Shown one piece after another: positions 24,984 to 36,199 of a stretch of DNA of 37,248 nt. The stretch comes from Nemertoderma westbladi (taxonomy: Eukaryota; Animalia; Xenacoelomorpha): the NCBI GenBank assembly GCA_032718475.1, contig JAUCBJ010004012.1, forward strand, positions 1 through 37,248. Direction: 5' to 3'. Below the pieces are notes generated by a model. That model made no database searches. It was not told the origin of the DNA and saw only the letters and a program-made list of their open reading frames with translations. A program made the translations under genes and the position numbers. Every line of letters begins with the position of its first letter. The stretch's first letter is position 1.

Positions 24984-25014
24984 AAGTAGGTCGACGGTTA
25001 ACGCTATAAAAATA

Positions 25015-25075
25015 AACTACCGGAAAATAAAAAAAATAAACGGAAACAAACGCTCGTGATTGGCGGTTTCCAATG
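25015..25075 (-). promoter_or_regulatory. Candidate proximal promoter of the PRDM9-like gene (paralogous site about 3080-3140)
   Basis: CCAAT box (CCGCCAATCACGAG on minus) and CGGAA Ets-like motifs about 300 bp upstream of the ATG when the RTE insertion is absent. Motif-only evidence. Confidence 0.3.
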
Positions 25076-25511
25076 TGGGAATTTTGAAACTCACTATAGT
25101 TTTGTACGGTTGTTTAAGTGGTATTGTATATGCAGCACCCTGGTTTAGTGGTGACATTCCTGGGCTCCCAATCATTCCTAGCCCAAACCTGGCTTTCATC
25201 CTTATCTGGTGGATAAATGGGAACTTACTGTGGAAGATCACCTATATTGGTAAACAGGCATTCCTTGGCTTAACGAGCCTAAAAGATTCTCCCATTCATT
25301 AAGTGGTAGTATTCACTTACAACATAAAGTTTATGTTTATTTTACTGTGTAATATACTTTATTTTGCATTAATATCTGTCTGTACAATATAGTTTCCGTA
25401 ATTTTTCCTCTATTTTAAACAACAACCGAACAAATACAGAAATGTTGATTGCATTTGTACAGTTATGTAGTCATTTGAATATAGGATCAGGTGACAAAGT
25501 CAGGTGGGATA

Positions 25512-26248
25512 ACTACTACTATAATCGGCCTGCTGCATTTAAACTGCACATTGAGATACTATGCCAGCTTAACAAAAACATATTCTCACCATCATGTAAT
25601 CCACAATTGAAAAGCCCAATTGAGCGCGCATTACGACTGCTATGTCAATCAAAGTTGCACCGCCACAACTCCCCATCCCCCATGAATTTAAGGAGATTAT
25701 TCACATTATTCAAAGCCCATAGTCCTTTAGGAGGCGTTTCACGAAAGTCACGGGCTGCCACCATGCTTATTCACTCCATGAGGACGCCAAAGCGCAAGAT
25801 TATGCACTGGCTGGTTCTGCAGGCGAAATCAATGTCCTGCAAAGCGGGGGCGGTTCTGTTCAAGTGTCAAGCTAGGGGAGACTAATGAAACACCTCCAAG
25901 GTTGTATAGACTGATAGAGGCTACGGTTGGAGATGTGTTCCTTGTACTTGACACAATGAGCTCAACACAGCATTATTGAGAAAGTGCGATCCAGAGATTT
26001 GGTGTCCGCAGTTGCAGTTAGAGCCCAGTATGGACTCCCGTACAGGATAAGAGTACTGGTACTACTACTGCCATAATAAATAATCGAACCTTAAGTTTCC
26101 GTTTTATTTTATTGGACTTCCAAATAATGTAGACTATTTTACGCCGCCCATGCCTTCCCCTTACATATCGGAAGGTCTGAAATTCGAATCCATAATCCCA
26201 AGTACCAGAAGTCATCCACGTGCTCAAGCAAGCCGTCCCTAGAGCTTA
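25512..26248 (-). mobile_element. RTE-clade LINE 3' fragment (duplicate of 3583-4318)
   Basis: Same sequence and flanks as 3583-4318, so it predates the duplication. Confidence 0.75.
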
Positions 26249-27184
26249 AATGCCCCTTTCAAACAATGACCATAAAATGATCCAAACCACCACATTAGTA
26301 GCCAGCTGCAAATGGGGTGTAAAAATCACGAAAAAAAAGTAATTATTCGAGGAATCGGAACAAAAGCACGTGGTGGCATGAACAGAACATCGAAAATGAG
26401 CAGTAACATGAACAGAACACAACATCGAAATACCGGTACGTGGTAATGTAAACATGAGTGGGCCTTTCGTGGAGCTGCGAACCAATAAAAAAAACAATAA
26501 TATAAATTATTACAGTATATGATACACCATACAAAAATATATAGGCCTATCCAGCTTACAGTCTGACAGTATACCACTATACCAGTAGGCCTACTTAAAA
26601 AAAATAAAATGTTATTTTATAGACTTAGGCCTACCGCCTACTGGTCATTATTCTAGAAATCAAACTTATGATAAATGAAACTATACTACCAACTACCGTT
26701 ATCTACAAATCTACAGTACCTACTGTCAGACCGTACAGGCAGATTATACGAGAAGCACTACGGTACCGTACTACCGGTACCTAATGCAGTAATGCATATC
26801 TGCATGTCAAAAGGGGAATGGTACAGAGTTAGAGAAAGTTTCACTTTATCGATTACCGGTATCATACTAAAACTACAGTAAATGCCTGATGGGTATTGCC
26901 TACAATAGTGAATTCCTTGCTTGTGTGCAACTGACTGAATGTGTTGCAACAGAGTCTGTATTCAGAAAATGTTTCACTTTAGGGCCTACCGACTTTTATA
27001 CTTCTACATGTACAGCCTATTATGATGTCAACGTCTACGAGTCTGCATGTGTATAACTATAGCAGACAAGTCTGTCTTCAGGAAATGTTTCACTTTCACA
27101 TTTGCAACCTACAGTATTGCGACTTGTCAGATATGTGCTAGAATACATCCTGTGTCTTTGTAGGGTCGGTAATCGCCACTAATC

Positions 27185-27245
27185 TACTACTAGGATCGGC
27201 ATGCTGCATTGCAGCTGCATTTTGAAGAATGCTGTGCCGGCTTGA
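27185..27245 (-). mobile_element. Very short RTE 3' end at the duplication boundary
   Basis: TACTACTAGGATCGGCATGCTGCATTGCAGCTGCAT matches the other RTE tails. Confidence 0.7.
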
Positions 27246-27326
27246 CTTTAATAATAAAGTCGCGACTAAAATAATAAAGTCGCGACTTTAATATTAAAGT
27301 CGCGACTTTAATAATGGAGTCGCGAC
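27244..27326. repeat. 20-bp tandem repeat (4 units) with palindromic core
   Basis: TTAATAATAAAGTCGCGACT units; AAAGTCGCGACTTT is a perfect palindrome. Confidence 0.85.
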
Positions 27327-27438
27327 AATATTCGTGAATATATGGCATGAAATTTGGGACGAATATAATTAGCGAATAAAAATACAAAATGTATGCCATA
27401 AAAGACATTATTCCTCCACATGTCACGTAGTACATCAG

Positions 27439-30400
27439 GTGGCAGACAGGAAACAATTTCTTAACAAACATGGTCACTGTTACACGTGCCTCGGGACAAA
27501 TCATCAGGCGCGAGATTGTCTTAAGCGTAAACCCTGTTATAAATGCAAAAAAATTGGACATCATGTAACAATATGCGATACAAATAAGGCAACATTCGCT
27601 AATATAGTCACAAATAAAAATGCTGAAAAACATGTATCATCACAACAGTCGCAAGAAACAAAAGAGGAATCAACTACAGCCATGGTTGCACCCACGTTCA
27701 ACAATGACATACCGGTATGCAAATGTATGCCAGTTGTTCTTTTACAAACAGCTGTAATATATTGCATACATACAACAGGTCACACGAATACATTGAATAC
27801 CTTATTTGATCCAGGAAGTGAAAGGACATTCATTACACAAGAATTTGTTAACGAGCATAATTTAAGGCCATTACAGTAGGACAAGATAGAATGTCCGCTC
27901 AAGGATTTGGTGGAGGCAAGAAGGTTGCGCTAAATCAAACAGATATTCAAAGTAAACTTGTTGTTGCGGAATGGGTCAATTGCTGCTATAGAAGCAGTTG
28001 TTGTACCTAAAATATGTGAGCCATTACAAAATAATATAACTTCTAGTGAATGGAGAGCAAAACTTTCACTCAAGGCAACAGATCCCGCAGATCCTACATT
28101 AATGTCAGACTCACATGATACATTTTCCAGTACAACTACTTGTAGGGGCAGACTACTACTGGGAGTTTGCCAGCGGTACTTGTATCCGCTCATCTGACTC
28201 TAATTTCGTAGCTAAAGACAGCGGAGTAGGGTGGTTATCAGGGAAAGTTTATGGAACAAACTTTCATGGTTCAACAAATTTAAACAAATCAAACAATGTT
28301 ACATGCAACTTAATAGAAACTCAAAAAATGGAGTCGAACAAATCACAAACTAACAATAACAATGATAATCTGATAAATTTGTTGAATGCTTTTTTGTCAC
28401 TTGAAAGCATCGGAATAAACGATGCTGATGAGAAAACCACAAACATCATAGAAAATATAACAAAAATAGATGGTCTATATTCAGTAGGATTACCGTGGAA
28501 AATTAATCCCGAAAGTTTATTGGATCATTTCACATTTTGCTCCAAGCAACAAACTATCATCTCTGTTACGGCGTTTAATCAAATCTGATCTCCTTGAAAG
28601 ATATGACAACGTTATAAATGAGCATTTCCAAAAGGGTTACAGAGAAAAGGTCGATTATAAGGAGCCTTTGAGAGACAGCTCAGGTGCTCATTAAATGCCG
28701 CGTCATGGTGTAATAAAGGAACAACGTGAGACCACCAAACTTCGCGTCGTTTTCAATGCATCTGCAAGAACGTATTCAACTGACCTGTCTCTTAATGACT
28801 GTCTAGAATCCGGCCCAAATTCCATACCAAAATTGTGCCACAATTTACTATATTATTTCCGCATCCATAATATATCCGATATAGAACAAGCCTTTATGCG
28901 TTGTCAGATTGATCAAGCGGACAGAAACTATTTACGTTTAAGTGCCATATTAGAACACCACTTACAAATAGAATCGAAATCCGCAATTACTCTAGAAGCG
29001 ACTGCAATCCCTAAACTACAAGACAATATGTATGTAGACGATTTAAATACGGGGGTCAATGACATATCAGAAGGTCGACAACTCCAATTGGCGACAAAGT
29101 CAATCTTGGCTAGAGGCGGTTTTAATATTCGTCGTTGGAAAACAAACGATATAGAACTAAGTCAAATTTTCAATCAGACCGAAGAAAATGAAATGAAACA
29201 AATAGAAACTAGCAAAAAAAGTAATCACAAAAATCCTATAGATAGTACAGATAACAAACTTGAAGATATTCAAACATATGCTAAAGTTTCTATTGCACAA
29301 CCTGAACCACAAAATAATAACACTAATCGGGTTTTAGGGCAATTATGGCATCTAAAGGATGACAAATTAGGTTTTGATCTAAGTAGTGTTCACAAATATA
29401 TATCAACCATTACACCATCAAAAAGGGGCGTGCTGCAATTAATTGCAAGAATTTACGACCCACTGGGGTTTCTCTGGGGTTGTGAACAATGAAAGCGACA
29501 CTACAAACTTTGGCAAAGGAAAAGGTTGAATGGGATGAAAATATTCCATCACACCTTCTTCCATTGAGGAAGAAATGGTTTGATGGACTTTTAGTTCTCA
29601 GGCATTTCGAAATTAACAGATGTCTTTTTAATACAACACGAAAAATTGTATCCATTCAATTGCACGGGTTCTCCGATGCAAGTAAACAATTATATGCAGC
29701 TGTTACATACATCAGAGCAGAATACTCTGATACATCAGTCAGCGTCACACTTTTATCGGCCAAGTCAAAAGTATGCCCGCTGGCTAAACAGTCAATGCCC
29801 AGACTAGAATTATTAGGGACCTTAATCTTGACTAGCAAAGTTCACATTTACAGGACTACGATTTTCAACAACAAAATGTACTGTATACTTGTGGACAGAC
29901 GCTTACGACGTTTTGTGTTGGATAAAATCAACTAACCAAAACTGTAAGCAGTTTGTTCAAAATCGCCTAGCAGAAATTCGTAAATTAACAACCGAGTTAA
30001 TTGCCCAATGGCGACACTGTCCAGGTTCGATGAACCCGGCTGATATGCCAACAAGAGGTTTGTCAGCAGAACAATTACTAAACTCAAATATTTGGAGACA
30101 TGGTCCAAAATTTCTGAGTATAGGGGGCGAAGTCACATGGCCAAATAAGACAGTCAATGAGCACAATGTATCGACATGTTATTTCAAAGAAATTAAGTCA
30201 TTGGCAGTAACAACCTCTGGTCCAAATAATACTAGGGTATGTTCAATACTAGGGTATGTGTTATAGACAGTTCAGAATTCAGCGTGAAATCTGTTCCGGT
30301 TCGTAGATTAGCATGGGTAATGCGATATATTCATAACATACGACGCAAGATACACAAACAACCATTAGTTCTAGAACAACATCTGTCCACTATAGAACTA

Positions 30401-31710
30401 AATAACGCAGAAATAAAAATCATTAAACATTCACAAGAACAACACTTTGTGGAAGAATTAAAATATCTATACAACCCTAAAGTCGAAAGGTGTACAAACC
30501 TGGTTAAACAATTCAATTTATTTCTAGATACAGAAAATGAATTGATTCGCGCCAAGGGACGTGTGTGTCACTCAGTTATACCTTGGCACACACAGAATCC
30601 AATTATGTTGCCAGCCGGCGACCAATTTACACGTTTACTAGTCTTACAGGCACACTCAAGAGTAATGCATTCAAGAGTACGTGATACTCTGGCAGAAATC
30701 CGCGAGAAATTTTGGATTCCTCGTGGTAGACAAGTGATAGCAAAAATAATACGCAATTGCGTAATATGCAAACATGTGCAAGGAACGGCATATGCATGCA
30801 TCGCCATAAACTAGTCCTCTACCCATTGAACGGATCGACAGTGATTCGCTTCCATTTTATCATACCGGTATAGACTTTTGTGGACCACTAAACTTTGTAA
30901 AAAACACTAGAAATTCATCATGAATTAACAAAGGTTCATATTTGTCTTTTTACTTGTGCAGTAATATACGTGCAGTTCCTATGGAACTTGTTCCTAATTT
31001 AAGTGTGAGTTCGTTTCAAAATGCATTCAGTTGATTCATAGGACGCAGGGGCGTCCCATCAATGATCTTTTCCGATAATGCATCAACCTTTAAACGATCG
31101 TCTAAGGAATTCAAGGTATTCAAGAAACTTGTTGACAACGAGATTGTCAAACGTGAATTTGGGGAATTGAAAATATATCGTAACTTTAATATAGAACGTT
31201 TTCCTGCTGCATACGGATTTATCGAAAGATGCGTAGGAATAATTAAACAATGTTTACGAAAGGTTATGGGGAGAGCAGTACTCACAATAGAGGAAATGCA
31301 AACGTTGTTGGTCTCATGCGAAGCAGCGGTAAATAGTAGACCTTTGACATTCATATGTTAGCAATAATGAAAATGCTCTCACTTTATCACCAAGTCATTT
31401 CCTTGTCGGTCGTAGGCTTTGTGCTCTCCCATCACCTTCAGTTAGAAACACAAATTTAGAATTTAAACCGCGCAAACCTCATAAATAGAGTTCGCTACCA
31501 TGAAATTGCAGTGAATTGTTACTGGAACTCATTTCGAGATGACTATTTAGAGGAGTTACGAAATCGTCACCAAAATTCAAACATTACTTCTCAAGGTCAC
31601 ACGTCCCAAAAATTGGTCAAGTTTGTATACTCCACGACTCAAAAATTCCACAAGTCGAATCGATGCCCCATTACAAAGTCAAGTGACATCTATATCATCA
31701 AAACTTAACA
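27439..31710 (+). mobile_element. Decayed BEL/Pao LTR retrotransposon (end of gag, protease, RT, RNase H, integrase)
   Basis: CYTC..H....C and CYKC...HH..IC knuckles, LFDPGSERTFI, PRHGVIKE..TTKLRVVFNASA, YVDD, YDPLG, LHGFSDAS, NPADMPTRG, HHCC region, GIDFCGP (about 30868) and FSDNASTF. Many frameshifts; LTRs not identified. Confidence 0.9.
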
Positions 31711-32199
31711 CGTCAACAAACAAATTAAACGATATTCCGGACAAGAATATCGAATCCAAACCAATCATATGCCGGTAAACCGTCGACAGAATCTAACCCA
31801 ATCAGACTTCTGCGAAAGGCAAAAACAAGTAAAAATGTGGGTTTTTACAAGGTGTGAGGGGAGATAAAATCGCTGCCAAATAATGGCTTGGGTGACGCGT
31901 TAGCACATGTACATGTACAGTAGAGGGAGAGTCATTCATAATTTCGTATCATAAACTGTAAAAAATTAGTATCGATTGACTATAGATTATAGTCAAGGGG
32001 CGGTGTAGTATAATTTATTGTAGAACTGAGAAAGCAATGTGTAGGTACATACAGTAGTACTATTACTATAGAAGCTTATCACTAATTCATTTGTGATCGT
32101 GCCAATGCCAATATTAATTAATCGCGGTGTGTTTTGGTCATAATTGCACTAGTAACTAAACATATGTTTCACCGTCAACAGTAGACAAAATGTTGTTGA

Positions 32200-33153
32200 A
32201 CCATCGTATACTGATCTGATTGCTGCAATAATTTCATCAGGAATCCCATATAATGAAAGTATGCTGAACATACGTGAGCGAGAGATTGAATCAAGGGCCT
32301 TGAAGAAGTCAACAAAGATAACAGTCCTGTCTTTCTTTTTTGATAACTCTTCAATTATCCTTCTCTAAGTGTCAAAATGGGCTCCATGGTCCCATGACCT
32401 TTACGGAACCCATTCTGATTTCCACGGAGCAGTCTCTCAATGGGATCCCTGATGCGATTTAATATAATTATATTGTATAGCTTTGCAGCAAAGCTTAGCA
32501 ACCTCTGCTGCATTGCAGCTGCATTAGATATATATTACATATATATGTAATTGTCTTGGTGACAAAATTGCGCCGCCACAACTCCCTATCACTCATGACA
32601 TTTGCTAGATCATCCGCATCTTCAAGGCTAGTAGTGTCCTTTACGATGCGTCTTAAGAAAGTCATGGGCTGTCCACCATGCTTATTCACTCCATGAGGCT
32701 GCCAAAGCAAAAGATTATGCACTGGCTGGTCCTCACGGCGAAAATAATGTCCTGCAAAGCGTTGGCGTTTCCGTTCAAGTGTCAAGCTAGGGGAGATTAA
32801 TGGAACACCTCCAATATTGTATGGAGTCAGATTGGAGATGTGTTCATAGTACTTGACACAATAAACCCGGCGCAGCATTCTTGTGAATGTGTGATCGAGA
32901 GATTTGGTATCCCCTGCAGTCAGAGTCCAGCTTGGACTTCCATAAGAGTACTGGTACTACTGCTGCCATAAATAATCGAACCTTAAGGTTCCGTTTTATT
33001 CTATGGGACTTCCAAATCCTTGTCGGACTGGACTATTTAACGCTGCCCATGCCTTCCCCTTACGTATCCGTAGGTTTTCACCTGACTTTCTGATCCATGA
33101 TCCCAATTAGCAGAAGTCATTCACGTGCTCAAGCCAGCCGTCCTTAGAGCTTA
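32200..33153 (-). mobile_element. Two abutting RTE LINE fragments (RT N-terminal part and 3' end)
   Basis: About 32200-32495 reads AKLYN..ILNRIRDPIE.LLR.NQNGFR. About 32500-33153 reads RQRFAGH...DRELWR. Confidence 0.75.
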
Positions 33154-33367
33154 TGCCCTTCCGATCAGACATTTATAAAGGGCCGCCTACTGTAGGTTGA
33201 CTGTCATGATTTTGGTCTTCTTTGAATTTACAAAAAGATCAACACTAAAGCAACCTGCTCCAATGAGCAAAGGAACCTTTGGGCTCCCTCTAGTGATTCT
33301 GACAGTACCCCTATGTTTGCTGCGCAGCCCAGGTCAGGTCAGGTATTCTAGGTCATTGATCAAGAAA

Positions 33368-33580
33368 ACTTGCCACCTCCATGCAGCATAAAGGAGGTGC
33401 CACCTGTAGCTGCATAGACCCTCTTACTAGGACAAATCTGGTCCTGTAACTAGGACCCCCTTCGTTCTGGGATAAGGACGCCCTTGGTCCTGGATTAAGG
33501 ACCCATATACTTGGCTGCAGGGGTATATGGCCTGGCCAGGCAGATGGTGATCTACCAATGGCTGGTCAGGAGTAGAGTGT
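33368..33580 (+). mobile_element. 5' end fragment of the same RTE family
   Basis: Near-identical reverse complement of about 24755-24987. Confidence 0.8.
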
Positions 33581-34306
33581 AGTCCTACCACACTCCGCCC
33601 AAACAACCGCAAACGCATAGCCAACAAATTTAACAAAAGGTTACATACATGTTGGGTTCATGACGAGATGAGTGAAAATTGATCGCGTAATATAAAGTAA
33701 AAAATTAAGAGACGGGCTGGCTCTCCTCCACTTTCTTACCCAATGGATATGTTGTTGTAATAATCTAATATTGGGGCGGCTTTCTCTCGTTACTGCGGCA
33801 ATGGAGGATGATAATTACCAGGAACTCATTACCTCAATTAAGGAACATACAATATCAGTATCAGCTAATGAATATGTAAGACTTTTTCGCCACTGTTCCA
33901 ATGAAATGTCTCTAGGCACAAATGATAACTTCATAAATAAATTACACAAATTATATTTTATTATTAATTAATTATTGATACTAAATTAAATAAGTTATAC
34001 ATTAGGTATAAATTAATATTCTAAAAGACCACTAGGTAGGTCGACCTTCCTTTATCAGTTCCATTTGTTTGTTCCTACAATATTGTTGGATAGGGCCTCC
34101 TAAGTGAAAAAATATTTATAGTTCCGGTAGTAAAACTACAGAATTTTTATAGTAACAACTATTACAAAATAAAATGTTGTTTCTTAATAAAACGAATCCT
34201 AATATAATTTATTTAGTCTATTCTTCCTTGTGGGAAAGAAGAAGTTCAGGTAATTAATCAGATCGAGAGACTAGAGACTTTCCTTCCCTCGATAAACAAC
34301 AGTTTA

Positions 34307-36147
34307 CTAATTCTTCACGCTGTGCTGGTTGCGTTTATGCTTCGCTAGATGCGATGTTTGGGAGAAAGATTTACCACAAGTATCACAGATGTAGGGTTTA
34401 TCTCCTGTGTGGATACGTTGGTGGGTTGTTAGATGGGCAATCTGGGTGAATGATTTACTACAGACGTTACAACTGTAGGGTTTATCTCCTGTGTGGATAC
34501 GTTGGTGGGTTGTAAGATGGGAACTGTTGGTGAATGATTTACTACAGACGTTACAACTGTAGGGTTTATCTCCAGTGTGAGTACGATTGTGTTTTATTAG
34601 AGAGCCGTTCTCTGAGAAAGCTTTGTTGCACATAATACATTGGAACGGTTTCTCGCCAGAGTGAGTGCGTCGGTGGGTTGTTAGATGGGACTGTCGGCTG
34701 AAAGCTTTACTACATGTAGAGCAGCTGAACGGTTTCTCACCAGAGTGAACCCGTTCGTGCTCCATTAGTTGGGATTTATATCCAAACACTTTCCCACAGG
34801 AACTACATCCCAAACTATCAACAGGTTTATCTGAACTGGAACGTTTCTTGGGACCACTGGGAACGTTGGAACTCGAACCTGCTGGGGTAGAACCGGGTTC
34901 ATTGTGTTTCCGTTTTAAATGGGAAACGAGAAAAGATTCCACGTTGTAGACGACGTCGCAATGTTCGCACGGGTATTTATGTAAACTCTTATCGTGAACT
35001 AAATCTAATCTCCTTCTCTCAGCACATCCACCTCGACTACTTTGGTGTCTAAGAATTGCCTCCTTATTATCGGACCGGTAACTTCCACACCCGGTACACA
35101 GAATCATCCCGTCTTCCAAAACTCTCATCCCCAATTTCTTATTCTTCGGTTGTTTGGTAATTAATCCCAATTCCTCCGCGTATTCCGTTCCGTACCAAAC
35201 AAGGAGTTCCGTACCGGCAGCAACTGGTTTACAGACCCGATAATACATATCCTCTCTGAACTGGAAAGCACAAACTGTTTGTTCCTCCTCCCATTTGGCG
35301 CAGTTTACGAAGCGCATCCAATTAGACTTGAACTCCCATCTCCCGCTGACAGTAAAGAATTTACCCACACCGTCCAACATCAACCAGCTGTAACCGTCAG
35401 ACTTGCCGGGTTTAGGTTTACCAGGTTTCCTCTCTCCGCCATAAGGCCCAAATAATGTTCCCGGATTCAATTCGACCTTTGTAAACACTCCTTTATTATG
35501 AATCTGAGATTTCTTTATCTCCAAACACGAGGGAATTGTTCTGCTGCCCCGGTTCCTTCCTCCACGAGTGGTTTCGGTATTCGGTACGAAGTTAAACTCC
35601 CCATGTACCGGACACTGTAAGTCACTATATTCCTCGCTGCAATGGTCGCAGAAAATAAAGTTGTTGAATGATTTTATTGGGCAGTTGCGGTTGGCGTAAT
35701 CGACCTCCTTTCTGGGTCGTAAACCACATCGGGGTTCGAAAGGAGCCATCGATTTAGGAGAGACGATGACATTTAAATCCGACTCAACTGTAGAAGAACC
35801 CGAAATCTCTTCAACTATTTCTTCTCCCTCGGCTACTGAGGCCGGACTTCCCCCACTAGAAGTCCATCCCGCTCCCGAACCAACGCGTCCCAAACTGTTA
35901 GCGAGTTTATCGTTAACCGATTCCTCGGCACTCGGTACAGATGGACCAACAGTATCCGAGTGTCTACCGGAACTGACGTCATCCAACAGATCGATCGCTG
36001 TATCAGATCGATTCACATCGGGAATACATGCCAGCTGTTCTTTTATTTCCTCGATGGAATCAGTTGTAACGATAAACGATGGCGAAATAACACCTGTTTC
36101 CCTGATAATATCGGTCGGAGATAAAGTTACTAAGTTCAATTCTGTGG
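34307..36147 (-). CDS. PRDM9: PRDM9-like gene, right copy, exon 2: PR/SET plus 6 tandem C2H2 fingers; KRAB exon not in window
   Basis: The 610-aa ORF is nearly identical to the central copy outside the array. It has the same acceptor motif (36142-36161), the same phase and only frame-preserving indels. The stop is one codon earlier (CAG>TAG). Confidence 0.86.
34325..34810 (-). repeat. 84-bp coding minisatellite (6-finger array)
   Basis: Two near-identical CNVC-type units, plus four other finger types. Confidence 0.9.
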
Positions 36148-36199
36148 CTGAAAGCGGCCATGTTTAATTAACTACCAAATTTATAGAAGTGTTAATTGG

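Noticed and set aside
35766-36167. Antisense ORFs over exon 2 (also 20397-20642)
   Set aside because: They are shadow frames of the real CDS with no independent features.
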